A stretch of 64,000 nt of DNA from NCBI GenBank assembly GCA_964016885.1, contig OZ024741.1:195176001-195240000 (forward strand), written 5' to 3'. Every line of letters begins with the position of its first letter. Positions within the stretch are counted from its first letter, which is position 1. This DNA comes from Eledone cirrhosa. Taxonomy: Eukaryota. The translations under genes were made by a program, and so were the position numbers. The notes under the pieces were generated by a model. It was given only the letters and a program-made list of their open reading frames with translations. It searched no databases and was not told the origin of the DNA. Positions 8,701-23,700 of the stretch are shown here, piece after piece.

Positions 8701-11700
8701 TATTGCTGCTGTGGTTGTTAAAGTTGTTGTTATAGCTGTGGATGTTCTTATTGATGTTGTTGCTATTGCTGCTGTTGTTGTTATAGTTGTTGTTATAGCT
8801 GTGGTTGTTCTTATTGATGTTGTTGCTATTGCTGCTGTTGTTGTTATAGTTGTTGTTATAGCTGTGGTTGTTCTTATTGATGTTGTTGTTATTGCTGCGG
8901 TTGTTGTTGTTATAGCTGTGGCTGTTCTTATTGATGCTGTTGCTATTGCTGCTGTTGTTGTTATAGTTGTTGTTATAGCTGTGGCTGTTCTTATTGCTGT
9001 TGTTGCTATTGCTGCTGTTGTTGTTATAGTTGTTGTTATGGCTGTGGCTGTTCTTATTGCTGTCGTTGCTATTGCTGCTGTTGTTGTTATAGTTGTTGTT
9101 ATAGCTGAGGCTGTTCTTATTGACGCTGTTGCTATTGCTGCTGTTGTCGTTATAGTTGTTGTTATAGCTGTGGCTGTTCTTATTGATGCTGTTGCTATTG
9201 CTGCTGTTGTTGTTATAGTTGTTGTTATAGCTGTGGCTGTTCTTATTGATGCTGTTGCTATTGCTGCTGTTCTTGTTATAGTTGTTGTTATAGCTATGGC
9301 TGTTCTTATTGCTGCTGTTGCATATTGCTGCTGTTGTTGTTATAGTTGTTGTTATAGCTATGGCTGTTCTTATTGATGTTGTTGCTATTGCTACTGTTGT
9401 TGTTATAGTTGTTGTTATAGCTGTGGCTGTTCTTATTGATGCTGTTGCTATTGCTGCTGTTGTTGTTATAGCTGTGGCTGTTCTTATTGATGCTGTTGCT
9501 ATTGCTGCTGTTGTTGTTATAGCTGTGGCTGTTCTTATTGAAGCTGTTGCTATTGCTGCTGCTGTTGTTATAGTTGTTGTTATAGCTGTGGATGTTCTTA
9601 TTGATGCTGTTGCTATTGTTGCTGTTGTTGTTATAGTTGTTGTTATAGCTGTGGCTGTTCTTATTGATGTTGTTGCTATTGCTACTGTTGTTGTTATAGT
9701 TGTTATTATAGTTGTTGTTATAGCTGTGGCTGTTCTTATTGATATTGTTGCTATTGCTGCTGTTGTTGTTATAGTTGTTGTTATAGCTGTGGCTGTTCTT
9801 ATTGACGCTGTTGCTATTGCTGCTGCTGTTGTTGTTATAGTTGTTGTTATAGCTGTGGCTGTTCTTATTGATGTTGTTGCTGTTGCTGCTGTTGTTGTTA
9901 TAGTTGTTGTTATAGCTGTGGCTGTTCTTATTGATGTTGTTGCTATTGCTGCTGTTGTTGTTATAGTTGTTGTTATAGCTGTGGATGTTCTTATTGATGT
10001 TGTTGCTATTGCTGCTGTTGTTGTTATAGTTGTTGTTATAGCTGTGGCCGTTCTTATTGATGCTGTTGCTATTGCTGCTGCTGTTGTTAAAGTTGTTGTT
10101 ATAGCTGCGGCTGTTCTTATTGATGTTGTTGCTATTGCTGCTGTTGTTGTTATAGTTGTTGTTATAGCTGTGGCTGTTCTTATTGATGTTGTTGCTATTG
10201 CTGCTGTTGTTGTTATAGTTGTTGTTATAGCTGTGGCTGTTCTTATTGATGTTGTTGCTATTGACGCTGTTGTTGTTATAGTTGTTCTTATAGCTGTGGT
10301 TGTTCTTATTGATGTTGTTGCTATTGCTGTTGTTGTTGTTATAGTTGTTGTTATAGCTGTGGCTGTTCTTATTGATGCTGTTGCTATTGCTGCTGCTGTT
10401 GTTGTTATAGTTGTTGTTATAGCTGTGGTTGTTCTTATTGATGTTATTGCTATTGCTGCTGTTGTTGTTATAGTTGTTGTTATAGATGTGGCTGTTCTTA
10501 TTGATGCTGTTGCTATTGCTGCTGCTGTTGTTGTTATAGTTGTTGTTATAGCTGTGGCTGTTCTTATTGATGTTGTTGCTATTGCTGCTGTGGTTGTTAA
10601 AGTTGTTGTTATAGCTGTGGATGTTCTTATTGATGCTGTTGCTATTGCTGCTGTTGTTGTTATAGTTGTTGTTATAGATGTGGTTGTTCTTATTGCTGTT
10701 GCTGCTATTGCTGCTGTTGTTGTTATAGTTGTTGTTATAGCTGTGGCTGTTCTTATTGACGCTGTTGCTAATGCTGCTGTTGTCGTTATAGTTGTTGTTA
10801 TAGCTGTGGCTGTTCTTATTGATGCTGTTGCTATTGCTGCTGTTCTTGTTATAGTTGCTGTTACAGCTGTGGCTGTTCTTATTGCTGGTGTTGCATATTG
10901 CTACTGTTATTGTTATAGTTGTTGTTATAGCTATGGCTGTTCTTATTGATGCTGTTGCTATTGCTGCTGTTGTTGTTATAGTTGTTGTTATAGCTGTGGC
11001 TGTTCTTATTGATGCTGTTGCTATTGCTGCTGTTCTTGTTATAGTTGCTGTTACAGCTGTGGCTGTTCTTATTGCTGGTGTTGCATATTGCTACTGTTAT
11101 TGTTATAGTTGTTGTTATAGCTATGGCTGTTCTTATTGATGCTGTTGCTATTGCTGTTGTTGTTGTTATAGTTGTTGTTATAGCTGTGGCTGTTCTTATT
11201 GATGCTGTTGCTATTGCTGCTGTTCTTGTTATAGTTGCTGTTACAGCTGTGGCTGTTCTTATTGCTGGTGTTGCATATTGCTACTGTTATTGTTATAGTT
11301 GTTGTTATAGCTATGGCTGTTCTTATTGATGCTGTTGCTATTGCTGCTGTTGTTGTTATAGTTGTTGTTATAGCTGTGGCTGTTCTTATTGCTGTTGTTG
11401 CTATTGCTGCTGTTGTTGTTATAGTTGTTGTTATAGCTGTGGCTGTTCTTATTGATGTTGTTGCTATTGCTGCTGTTGTTGTTATAGTTGTTGTTATAGC
11501 TGTGGTTGTTCTTATTGATGTGTTGTTATTGCTGCTGTTGTTGTTATAGTTGTTGTTATAGCTGTGGCTGTTCATATTGATGCTGTTGCTATTGCTGCTG
11601 TTGTTGTTATAGTTGTTGTTATAGCTGTGGCTGTTCTTATTGCTGTTGTTGCTATTGCTGCTGTTGTTGTTAAAGTTGTTGTTATGGCTGTGGCTGTTCT

Positions 11701-14700
11701 TATTGCTGTCGTTGCTATTGCTGCTGTTGTTGTTATAGTTGTTGTTATAGCTGTGGCTGTTCTTATTGACGCAGTTGCTATTGCTGCTGTTGTCGTTATA
11801 GTTGTTGTTATAGCTGTGGCTGTTCGTATTGAAGCTGTTGCTATTGCTGCTGCTGTTGTTATAGTTGTTGTTATAGCTGTGGCTGTTCTTATTGATGTTG
11901 TTGCTATTGCTACTGTTGTTGTTATAGTTGTTATTATAGTTGTTGTTATAGCTGTGGCTGTTCTTATTGATGTTGTTGCTATTGCTGCTGTTGTTGTTAT
12001 AGTTGTTGTTATAGCTGTGGCTGTTCTTATTGATGCTGTTGCTATTGCTGCTGCTGTTGTTGTTATAGTTGTTGTTATAGCTGTGGCTGTTCTTATTGAT
12101 GTTGTTGCTGTTGCTGCTGTTGTTGTTATAGTTGTTGTTATAGCTGTGGCTGTTCTTATTGATGTTGTTGCTATTGCTGCTGTTGTTGTTATAGTTGTTG
12201 TTATAGCTGTGGCTGTTCTTATTGATGTTGTTGCTATTGCTACTGTTGTTGTTATAGTTGTTGTTATAGTTGTTGTTATAGCTGTGGCCGTTCTTATTGA
12301 TGCTGTTGCTATTGCTGCTGCTGTTGTTAAAGTTGTTGTTATAGCTGCGGCTGTTCTTATTGATGTTGTTGCTATTGCTGCTGTTGTTGTTATAGTTGTT
12401 GTTATAGCTGTGGCTGTTCTTATTGATGTTGTTGCTATTGCTGCTGTTGTTGTTATAGTTGTTGTTATAGCTGTGGCTGTTCTTATTGATGTTGTTGCTA
12501 TTGACGCTGTTGTTGTTATAGTTGTTCTTATAGCTGTGGTTGTTCTTATTGATGTTGTTGCTATTGCTGTTGTTGTTGTTATAGTTGTTGTTATAGCTGT
12601 GGCTGTTCTTATTGATGCTGTTGCTATTGCTGTTGCTGTTGTTGTTATAGTTGTTGTTATAGCTGTGGTAGTTCTTATTGATGTTATTGCTATTGCTGCT
12701 GTTGTTGTTATAGTTGTTGTTATAGATGTGGCTGTTCTTATTGATGCTGTTGCTATTGCTGCTGCTGTTGTTATTATAGTTGTTGTTATAGCTGTGGCTG
12801 TTCTTATTGATGTTGTTATTATTGCTGCTGTTGTTGTTATAGTTGTTGTTATAGCTGTGGCTGTTCTTATTGATGTTGTTGCTATTGCTGCTGTGGTTGT
12901 TAAAGTTGTTGTTATAGCTGTGGATGTTCTTATTGATGCTGTTGCTATTGCTGCTGTTGTTGTTATAGTTGTTGTTATAGCTGTGGTTGTTCTTATTGCT
13001 GTTGTTGCTATTGCTGCTGTTGTTGTTATAGTTGTTGTTATAGCTGTGGCTGTTCGTATTGACGCTGTTGCTATTGCTGCTGTTGTCGTTATAGTTGTTG
13101 TTATAGCTGTGGCTGTTCTTATTGATGCTGTTGCTATTGCTGCTGTTGTTGTTATAGTTGTTGTTATAGCTGTGGCTGTTCTTATTGAAGCTGTTGCTAT
13201 TGCTGCTGCTGTTGTTATAGTTGTTGTTATAGCTGTGGATGTTCTTATTGATGCTGTTGCTATTGTTGCTGTTGTTGTTATAGTTGTTGTTATAGCTGTG
13301 GCTGTTCTTATTGATGTTGTTGCTATTGCTACTGTTGTTGTTATAGTTGTTATTATAGTTGTTGTTATAGCTGTGGCTGTTCTTATTGATGTTGTTGCTA
13401 TTGCTGCTGTTGTCGTTATAGTTGTTGTTATAGCTGTGGCTGTTCTTATTGATGCTGTTGCTATTGCTGCTGCTGTTGTTGTTATAGTTGTTGTTATAGC
13501 TGTGGCTGTTCTTATTGATGTTGTTGCTGTTGCTGCTGTTGTTGTTATAGTTGTTGTTATAGCTGTGGCTGTTCTTATTGATGTTGTTGTTATTGCTGCT
13601 GTTGTTGTTATAGTTGTTGTTATAGCTATGGCTGTTCTTATTGCTGCTGTTGTATATTGCTACTGTTGTTGTTATAGTTGTTGTTATAGCTATGGCTGTT
13701 CTTATTGATGCTGTTGCTATTGCTGCTGTTGTTGTTATAGTTGTTGTTATAGCTGTGGCTGTTCTTATTGCTGTTGTTGCTATTGCTGCTGTTGTTGTTA
13801 TAGTTGTTGTTATAGCTGTGGCTGTTCTTATTGATGTTGTTGCTATTGCTGCTGTTGTTGTTATAGTTGTTGTTATAGCTGTGGTTGTTCTTATTGATGT
13901 GTTGTTATTGCTGCTGTTGTTGGTATAGTTGTTGTTATAGCTGTGGCTGTTCATATTGATGCTGTTGCTATTGCTGCTGTTGTTGTTATAGTTGTTGTTA
14001 TAGCTGTGGCTGTTCTTATTGCTGTTGTTGCTATTGCTGCTGTTGTTGTTAAAGTTGTTGTTATGGCTGTGGCTGTTCTTATTGCTGTCGTTGCTATTGC
14101 TGCCGTTATTGTTATAGTTGTTGTTATAGCTGTGGCTGTTCTTATTGACGCAGTTGCTATTGCTGCTGTTGTCGTTATAGTTGTTGTTATAGCTGTGGCT
14201 GTTCTTATTGAAGCTGTTGCTATTGCTGCTGCTGTTGTTATAGTTGTTGTTATAGCTGTGGATGTTCTTATTGATGCTGTTGCTATTGTTGCTGTTGTTG
14301 TTATAGTTGTTGTTATAGCTGTGGCTGTTCTTATTGATGTTGTTGCTATTGCTACTGTTGTTGTTATAGTTGTTATTATAGTTGTTGTTATAGCTGTGGC
14401 TGTTCTTATTGATGTTGTTGCTATTGCTGCTGTTGTCGTTATAGTTGTTGTTATAGCTGTGGCTGTTCTTATTGATGCTGTTGCTATTGCTGCTGCTGTT
14501 GTTGTTATAGTTGTTGTTATAGCTGTGGCTGTTCTTATTGATGTTGTTGCTGTTGCTGCTGTTGTTGTTATAGTTGTTGTTATAGCTGTGGCTGTTCTTA
14601 TTGATGTTGTTGCTATTGCTGCTGTTGTTGTTATAGTTGTTGTTATAGCTGTGGATGTTCTTATTGATGTTGTTGCTATTGCTGCTGTTGTTGTTATAGT

Positions 14701-17700
14701 TGTTGTTATAGCTGTGGCCGTTCTTATTGATGCTGTTGCTATTGCTGCTGCTGTTGTTAAAGTTGTTGTTATAGCTGCGGCTGTTCTTATTGATGTTGTT
14801 GCTATTGCTGCTGTTGTTGTTATAGTTGTTGCTATAGCTGTGGCTGTTCTTATTGATGTTGTTGCTATTGCTGCTGTTGTTGTTATAGTTGTTGTTATAG
14901 CTGTGGCTGTTCTTATTGATGTTGTTGCTATTGACGCTGTTGTTGTTATAGTTGTTCTTATAGCTGTGGTTGTTCTTATTGATGTTGTTGCTATTGCTGT
15001 TGTTGTTGTTATAGTTGTTGTTATAGCTGTGGCTGTTCTTATTGATGCTGTTGCTATTGCTGCTGCTGTTGTTGTTATAGTTGTTGTTATAGCTGTGGTT
15101 GTTCTTATTGATGTTATTGCTATTGCTGCTGTTGTTGTTATAGTTGTTGTTATAGATGTGGCTGTTCTTATTGATGCTGTTGCTATTGCTGCTGCTGTTG
15201 TTGTTATAGTTGTTGTTATAGCTGTGGCTGTTCTTATTGATGTCGTTACTATTGCTGCTGTTGTTGTTATAGTTTTTGTTATAGCTGTGGCTGTTCTTGT
15301 TGATGTTGTTGCTATTGCTGCTGTTGTTGTTATAGCTGTGGCTGTTCTTATTGATGTTGTTGCTATTGCTACTGTTGTTGTTATAGTTGTTGTTATAACT
15401 GTGGCTGTTCTTATTGATGGTATGGTATTGCTGCTGTTGTTGTTATAGTTGTTGTTATAGCTGTGGCTGTTCTTATTGATGTTGTTGCTATTGCTGCTGT
15501 TGTTTTTAAAGTTGTTGTTATAGCAATGGCTGTTCTTATTGAAGTTGTTGCTATTGCTGCTGTTGTGTTATAGTTGTTGTTATAGCTGTGGCTGCTCTTA
15601 TTGATGCTGTTGCTATTGCTGCTGTTGTTGTTGTTGTTGTTGTTGTTAAAGCTGTGGCTGTTCTTATTGATGTTGTTTCTATTGCTGCTGTTGTTGTTAT
15701 AGTTGTTGTTATAGCTGTGGCTGTTCCTGTTGATGTTGTTGCTATTGCTGCTGTTGTTGTTATAGCTGTGGCTGTTCTTATTGATGTTGTTGCTATTGCT
15801 GCTGTTGTGTTATAGTTGTTGTTATAACTGTGGCTGTTCTTATTGATGCTGTTGCTATTGCTGCTGTTGTTGTTATAGTTGTTGTTATAGCTGTGGCTGT
15901 TCTTATTGATGCTGTTGCTTTAGCTGCTGTTGTTGTTATAGTTGTTGTTATAGCTGTGGTTGTTCTTATTGATGCAGTTGCTATTGCTGCTGCTGTTGTT
16001 GTTGTTGTTGCTGTTATAGCTGTGGCTGTTCTTATTGATGTTGTTGCTATTGCTGCTGTTGTTGTTAAAGTTGTTGTTATAGCTGTGGCTGTTCTTATTG
16101 ATGTTGTTGCTATTGTTGCTGCTGTTGTTATAGCTGTTGTTATAGCTGTGGCTGTTCTTATTGATGTTGTTGCTATTGCTGCAGTTGTTGTTATAGTTGT
16201 TGTTATAGCTGTGGCTGTTCTTGTTGATGTTGTTGCTATTGCTGCTGTTGTTGTTATAGTTGTTGTTATAGCTGTGGCTGTTCTTATTGATGCTGTTGCT
16301 ATTGCTGCTGTTGTTGTTATAGTTGTTGTTATAGCTGTGGCTGTTCTTATTGATGCTATTGCTATTGCTGCTGTTGTTGGTATAGTTGTTGTTATAGCTG
16401 TGGCTGTTCTTATTGATGATGTTGCTATTGCTTCTGTTGTTGTTATAGTTGTTGTTATAGCTGTGGCAGTTCTTATTGATGTTGTCGCTATTGCTGCTGT
16501 TGTTGTTACTGTTGTTGTTATAGCTGTGGCTGTTCTTATTGATGTTGTTGCTATTGTTGCTGCTGTTGTTATAGCTGTTGTTATAGCTGTGGCTGTTCTT
16601 ATTGATGTTGTTGCTATTGCTGCTGTTGTTGTTATAGTTGTTGTTATAGCTGTGGCTGTTCTTATTGCTGCTGTTGTTGTTATAGTTGTTGTTATAGCTG
16701 AGGCTGTACTTATTGATGTTGTTGCTATTGCTGCAGTTGTTGTTATAGTTGTTGTTATAGCTGTGGCTGTTCTTGTTGATGTTGTTGCTATTGCTGCTGT
16801 TGTTGTTATAGTTGTTGTTATAGCTGTGGCTGTTCTTATTGATGTTGTTGCTATTGCTGCTATTGTTGTTATAGTTGTTGTTATAGCTGTGGCTGTTCTT
16901 GTTGATGCTGTTGCTATTGCTGCTGTTGTTGTTATAGTTGTTGTTATAGCTGTGGCTGTTCTTATTGATGTTGTTGCTATTGCTGCCGTTGTTATTATAG
17001 TTGTTGTTATAGCTGTGGCTGTTCTTATTGCTGCTGTTGCTATTGCTGCTGTTCTGTTATATTTGTTGTTATAGCTGTGGCTGTTCTTATTGATTCTGTT
17101 GCTATTGCTGCTGTTGTGGTTATAGTTGTTGTTATAGCTGTGGCTGTTCTTATTGCTGCTGTTGCTATTGCTGCTGTTGTCGTTATAGTTGTCGTTATAG
17201 ATGTGCCTGTTCCTATTGATGTTGTTGCTATTGCTGCTGTGTTGTTATAGTTGTTGTTATGGCTGTGGCTGTTCTTATTGCTGTTGTTGCTATTGCTGCT
17301 GTTGTTGTTATTGTTGTTGTTATAGCTGTGGCTGTTCTTATTGCTGCTGTTGCTATTGCTGCTGTTATTGTTATAGTTGTTGTTATAGCTGTGGCTGTTC
17401 TTATTGATGTTGTTGCTATTGCTGCTGTTGTTATAGTTGTTGTTATATCTGTGACTGTTCTTATTGATGTTGTTGCTATTGCTGCTGTTGTTGTTATAGT
17501 TGTTGTTATAGCTGTGGCTGTTCTTGTTGATGCTGTTGCTATTGCTGCTGTTGTGTTATAGTTGTTGATATAGCTGTGGCTGTTCGTATTGATGTTGTTG
17601 CTATTTATGCTGTTGTTGTTATAGTTGTTGTTATAGCTGTGGCTGTTCTTATTAATGCTGTTGCTATTGTTGCTGTTGTTGTTATAGTTGTTGTTATAGC

Positions 17701-20700
17701 TGTGTCTGTTCTTGTTGATGTTGTTGCTATTGCTGCTGTTGTTGTTATATCTGTGGCTGTTCTTATTGCTGCCGTTGCTATTGCTGTTGTTGTTGTTATA
17801 GTTGTTATTATAGCTGTGGCTGTTCTTATTGCTGCCGTTGCTATTGCTGCTGTTGTTGTTTTAGTTGTTGTTATAGCTGTGGCTGTTCTTATTAATGCTG
17901 TTGGTATTGCTGCTGTTCTTGTTATAGTTGTTGTTATAGCTGTGGCTGTTCTTATTGATGCTGTTGCTATTGCTGCTGTTGTTGTTATAGTTGTTGTTAT
18001 AGCTGTGTCTGTTCTTGTTGATGTTGTTGCTATTGCTACTGTTGTTGTTATTGCTGTGGCTGTTCTTATTGATGTTGTTGCTATTGCTGCTGTTGTTGTT
18101 ATAGTTGTTGTTATAACTGTGGCTGTTCTTATTGATGGTATGGTATTGCTGCTGTTGTTGTTATAGTTGTTGTTATAGCTGTGGCTGTTCTTATTGATGT
18201 TGTTGCTATTGCTGCTGTTGTTTTTAAAGTTGTTGTTATAGCAATGGCTGTTCTTATTGAAGTTGATGCTATTGCTGCTGTTGTGTTATAGTTGTTGTTA
18301 TAGCTGTGGCTGCTCTTATTGATGCTGTTGCTATTGCTGCTGTTGTTGTTGTTGTTGTTGTTAAAGCTGTGGCTGTTCTTATTGATGTTGTTTCTATTGC
18401 TGCTGCTGTTGTTATAGTTGTTGTTATAGCTGTGGCTGTTCTTGTTGATGTTGTTGCTATTGCTGCTGTTGTTGTTATAGCTGTGGCTGTTCTTATTGAT
18501 GTTGTTGCTATTGCTGCTGTTGTGTTATAGTTGTTGTTATAACTGTGGCTGTTCTTATTGATGCTGTTGCTATTGCTGCTGTTGTTGTTATAGTTGTTGT
18601 TATAGCTGTGGCTGTTCTTATTGATGCTGTTGCTTTAGCTGCTGTTGTTGTTATAGTTGTTGTTATAGCTGTGGTTGTTCTTATTGATGCAGTTGCTATT
18701 GCTGCTGCTGTTGTTGTTGTTGTTGTAGTTATAGCTGTGGCTGTTCTTATTGATGTTGTTGCTATTGCTGCTGTTGTTGTTAAAGTTGTTGTTATAGCTG
18801 TGGCTGTTCTTGTTGATGCTGTTGCTATTGCTGCTGTTGTTGTTATAGCTGTGGCTGTTCTTATTGATATTGTTGCTATTGCTGCTGTTGTTGTTATAGT
18901 TGTTGTTATAGCTGTGGCTGTTCTTATTGATGCTGTTGCTATTGCTGCTGTTGTTGGTATAGTTGTTGTTATAGCTGTGGCTGTTCTTATTGATGATGTT
19001 GCTATTGCTTCTGTTGTTGTTATAGTTGTTGTTATAGCTGTGGCTGTTCTTATTGATGTTGTCGCTATTGCTGCTGTTGTTGTTACTGTTGTTGTTATAG
19101 CTGTGGCTGTTCTTATTGATGTTGTTGCTATTGTTGCTGCTGTTGTTATAGCTGTTGTTATAGCTATGGCTGTTCTTATTGATGTTGTTGCTATTGCTGC
19201 TGTTGTTGTTATAGTTGTTGTTATAGCTGTGGCTGTTCTTATTGCTGCTGTTGTTGTTATAGTTGTTGTTATAGCTGAGGCTGTACTTATTGATGTTGTT
19301 GCTATTGCTGCAGTTGTTGTTATAGTTGTTGTTATAGCTGTGGCTGTTCTTGTTGATGTTGTTGCTATTGCTGCTGTTGTTGTTATAGTTGTTGTTATAG
19401 CTGTGGCTGTTCTTATTGATGTTGTTGCTATTGCTGCTATTGTTGTTATAGTTGTTGTTATAGCTGTGTCTGTTCTTGTTGATGTTGTTGCTATTGCTAC
19501 TGTTGTTGTTATTGCTGTGGCTGTTCTTATTGATGTTGTTGCTATTGCTGCTGTTGTTGTTATAGTTGTTGTTATAACTGTGGCTGTTCTTATTGATGGT
19601 ATGGTATTGCTGCTGTTGTTGTTATAGTTGTTGTTATAGCTGTGGCTGTTCTTATTGTTGTTGTTGCTATTGCTGCTGTTGTTTTTAAAGTTGTTGTTAT
19701 AGCAATGGCTGTTCTTATTGAAGTTGTTGCTATTGCTGCTGTTGTGTTATAGTTGTTGTTATAGCTGTGGCTGCTCTTATTGATGCTGTTGCTATTGCTG
19801 CTGTTGTTGTTGTTGTTGTTGTTAAAGCTGTGGCTGTTCTTATTGATGTTGTTTCTATTGCTGCTGCTGTTGTTATAGTTGTTGTTATAGCTGTGGCTGT
19901 TCTTGTTGATGTTGTTGCTATTGCTGCTGTTGTTGTTATAGCTGTGGCTGTTCTTATTGATGTTGTTGCTATTGCTGCTGTTGTGTTATAGTTGTTGTTA
20001 TAACTGTGGCTGTTCTTATTGATGCTGTTGCTATTGCTGCTGTTGTTGTTATAGTTGTTGTTATAGCTGTGGCTGTTCTTATTGATGCTGTTGCTTTAGC
20101 TGCTGTTGTTGTTATAGTTGTTGTTATAGCTGTGGTTGTTCTTATTGATGCAGTTGCTATTGCTGCTGCTGTTGTTGTTGTTGTTGTAGTTATAGCTGTG
20201 GCTGTTCTTATTGATGTTGTTGCTATTGCTGCTGTTGTTGTTAAAGTTGTTGTTATAGCTGTGGCTGTTCTTGTTGATGCTGTTGCTATTGCTGCTGTTG
20301 TTGTTATAGCTGTGGCTGTTCTTATTGATATTGTTGCTATTGCTGCTGTTGTTGTTATAGTTGTTGTTATAGCTGTGGCTGTTCTTATTGATGCTGTTGC
20401 TATTGCTGCTGTTGTTGGTATAGTTGTTGTTATAGCTGTGGCTGTTCTTATTGATGATGTTGCTATTGCTTCTGTTGTTGTTATAGTTGTTGTTATAGCT
20501 GTGGCTGTTCTTATTGATGTTGTCGCTATTGCTGCTGTTGTTGTTACTGTTGTTGTTATAGCTGTGGCTGTTCTTATTGATGTTGTTGCTATTGTTGCTG
20601 CTGTTGTTATAGCTGTTGTTATAGCTATGGCTGTTCTTATTGATGTTGTTGCTATTGCTGCTGTTGTTGTTATAGTTGTTGTTATAGCTGAGGCTGTACT

Positions 20701-23700
20701 TATTGATGTTGTTGCTATTGCTGCAGTTGTTGTTATAGTTGTTGTTATAGCTGTGGCTGTTCTTGTTGATGTTGTTGCTATTGCTGCTGTTGTTGTTATA
20801 GTTGTTGTTATAGCTGTGGCTGTTCTTATTGATGTTGTTGCTATTGCTGCTATTGTTGTTATAGTTGTTGTTATAGCTGTGGCTGTTCTTGTTGATGCTG
20901 TTGCTATTGCTGCTGTTGTTGTTATAGTTGTTGTTATAGCTGTGGCTGTTCTTATTGATGTTGTTGCTATTGCTGCTGTTGTTATTATAGTTGTTGTTAT
21001 AGCTGTGGCTGTTCTTATTGCTGCTGTTGCTATTGCTGCTGTTCTGTTATATTTGTTGTTATAGCTGTGGCTGTTCTTATTGATTCTGTTGCTATTGCTG
21101 CTGTTGTTGTTATAGTTGTTGTTATAGCTGTGGCTGTTCTTATTGCTGCTGTTGCTATTGATGCTGTTGTCGTTATAGTTGTCGTTATAGATGTGCCTGT
21201 TCGTATTGATGTTGCTGCTATTGCTGCTGTGTTGTTATAGTTGTTGTTATGGCTGTGGCTGTTCTTATTGCTGTCGTTGCTATTGCTGCTGTTGTTGTTA
21301 TTGTTGTTGTTATAGCTGTGGCTGTTCTTATTGCTGCTGTTGCTATTGCTGCTGTTATTGTTATAATTGTTGTTATAGCTGTGGCTGTTCGTATTGATGC
21401 TGTTGCTATTGCTGCTGTTGATGTTATAGTTGTTGTTATAACTGTGGCTGTTCTTATTGATGTTGTTGCTATTGCTGCTGTTCTTGTTATTGTTGTTATA
21501 GCTGTGGCTCTTCTTATTGATGTTGTTGCTATTGCTGCTGTTGTTATAGTTGTTGTTATATCTGTGACTGTTCTTATTGATGTTGTTGCTATTGCTGCTG
21601 TTGTGTTATAGTTGTTGTTATAGCTGTGGCTGTTCTTGTTGATGCTGTTGCTATTGCTGCTGTTGTGTTATAGTTGTTGATATAGCTGTGGCTGTTCGTA
21701 TTGATGTTGTTGCTATTTATGCTGTTGTTGTTATAGTTGTTGTTATAGCTGTGGCTGTTCTTATTAATGCTGTTGCTATTGTTGCTGTTGTTGTTATAGT
21801 TGTTGTTATAGCTGTGTCTGTTCTTGTTGATGTTGTTGCTATTGCTGCTGTTGTTGTTATAGCTGTGGCTGTTCTTATTGATGTTGTTGCTATTGCTGCT
21901 GTTGTTGTTATAGTTGTTGTTATAGCTGTGGCTGTTCTTATTGATATTGTTGCTATTGCTGCTGTTGTTGTTATAGTTGTTGTTATAGCTGTGGCTGTTC
22001 TTATTGATGCTGTTGCTATTGCTGCTGTTGTTGGTATAGTTGTTCTTATAGCTATGGCTGTTCTTGTTGATGCTGTTGCTATTGCTGCTGTTGTGTTATA
22101 GTTGTTAATATAGCTGTGGCTGTTCGTATTGATGTTGTTGCTATTGCTGCTGTTGTTGTTATAGTTTTTGTTATATCTGTGGCTGTTCTTATTGCTGCTG
22201 TTGCTATTGCTGTTGTTGTTGTTATAGTTTTTATTATAGCTGTGGCTGTTCTTATTGCTGCCGTTGCTATTGCTGCTGTTGTTGTTATAGTTGTTGTTAT
22301 AGCTGTGGCTGTTCTTATTGATGCTGTTGCTATTGCTGCTGTTGTTGTTATAGTTGTTGTTATAGCTGTGTCTGTTCTTGTTGATGTTGTTGCTATTGCT
22401 ACTGTTGTTGTTATTGCTGTGGCTGTTCTTATTGATGTTGTTGCTATTGCTGCTGTTGTTGTTATAGTTGTTGTTATAGCTCTGGCTGTTCTTATTAATG
22501 TTGTTGCTATTGCTGCTGTTGCTGTTATAACTGTGGCTGTTCTTATTGATGTTGTTGCTATTGCTGCTGTTGCTGTTATAGTTGTTGTTATAACTGTGGC
22601 TGTTCTTATTGATGGTATGGTATTGCTGCTGTTGTTGTTATAGGTGTTGTTATAGCTGTGGCTGTTCTTATTGATGTTGTTGCTATTGTTGCTGTTGTTG
22701 TTATAGTTGTTGTTATAGCTGTGGCTGCTCTTATTGATGCTGTTGCTTTTGCTGCTGTTGTTGTTGTTGTTGTTATAGCTGTGGCTGTTCTTATTGATGT
22801 TGTTGCTATTGCTGCTGTTGTTGTTATAGTTGTTGTTCTAGCTGTGGCTGTTCTTGTTGATGTTGTTGCTATTGCTGCTGTTGTTGTTATAGCTGTGGCT
22901 GTTCTTATTGATGTTGTTGCTATTGCTGCTGTTGTGTTATAGCTGTGGCTGTTCTTATTGATGTTGTTGCTATTGCTGCTGTTGTGTTATAGTTGTTGTT
23001 ATAACTGTGGCTGTTTTTATTGATGCTGTTGCTATTGCTGCTGTTGTTGTTATAGTTGTTGTTATAGCTGTGGCTGTTCTTATTGATGCTGTTGCTATAG
23101 CTGCTGTTGTTCTTATAGTTTTTGTTATAGCTGTGGTTGTTCTTATTGATGCAGTTGCTATTGCTGCTGCTGCTGTTGTTGTTGTTCTTGTTGTTATAGC
23201 TGTGGCTGTTCTTGTTGATGCTGTTGCTATTGCTGCTGTTGTTGTTATAGTTGTTGTTATAGCTGTGGCTGTTCTTATTGATATTGTTGCTATTGCTGCT
23301 GTTGTTGTTATAGTTGTTGTTATAGCTGTGGCTGTTCTTATTGATGCTGTTGCTATTGCTGCTGTTGTTGGCATAGTTGTTGTTATAGCTGTGGCTGTTC
23401 TTATTGATGATGTTGCTATTGCTGCTGTTGTTGTTATAGTTGTTGTTATAGCTGTGGCTGTTCTTATTGATGTTGTCGCTATTGCTGCTGTTGTTGTTAC
23501 TGTTGTTGTTATAGCTGTGGCTGTTCTTATTGATGTTGTTGCTATTGCTGCTGCTGTTGTTATAGCTGTTGTTATAGCTGTGGCTGTTCTTATTGATGTT
23601 GTTGCTATTGCTGCTGTTGTTTTTATAGTTGTTGTTATAGCTGTGGCTGTTCTTATTGCTGCTGTTGTTGTTATAGTTGTTGTTATAGCTGTGGCTGTAC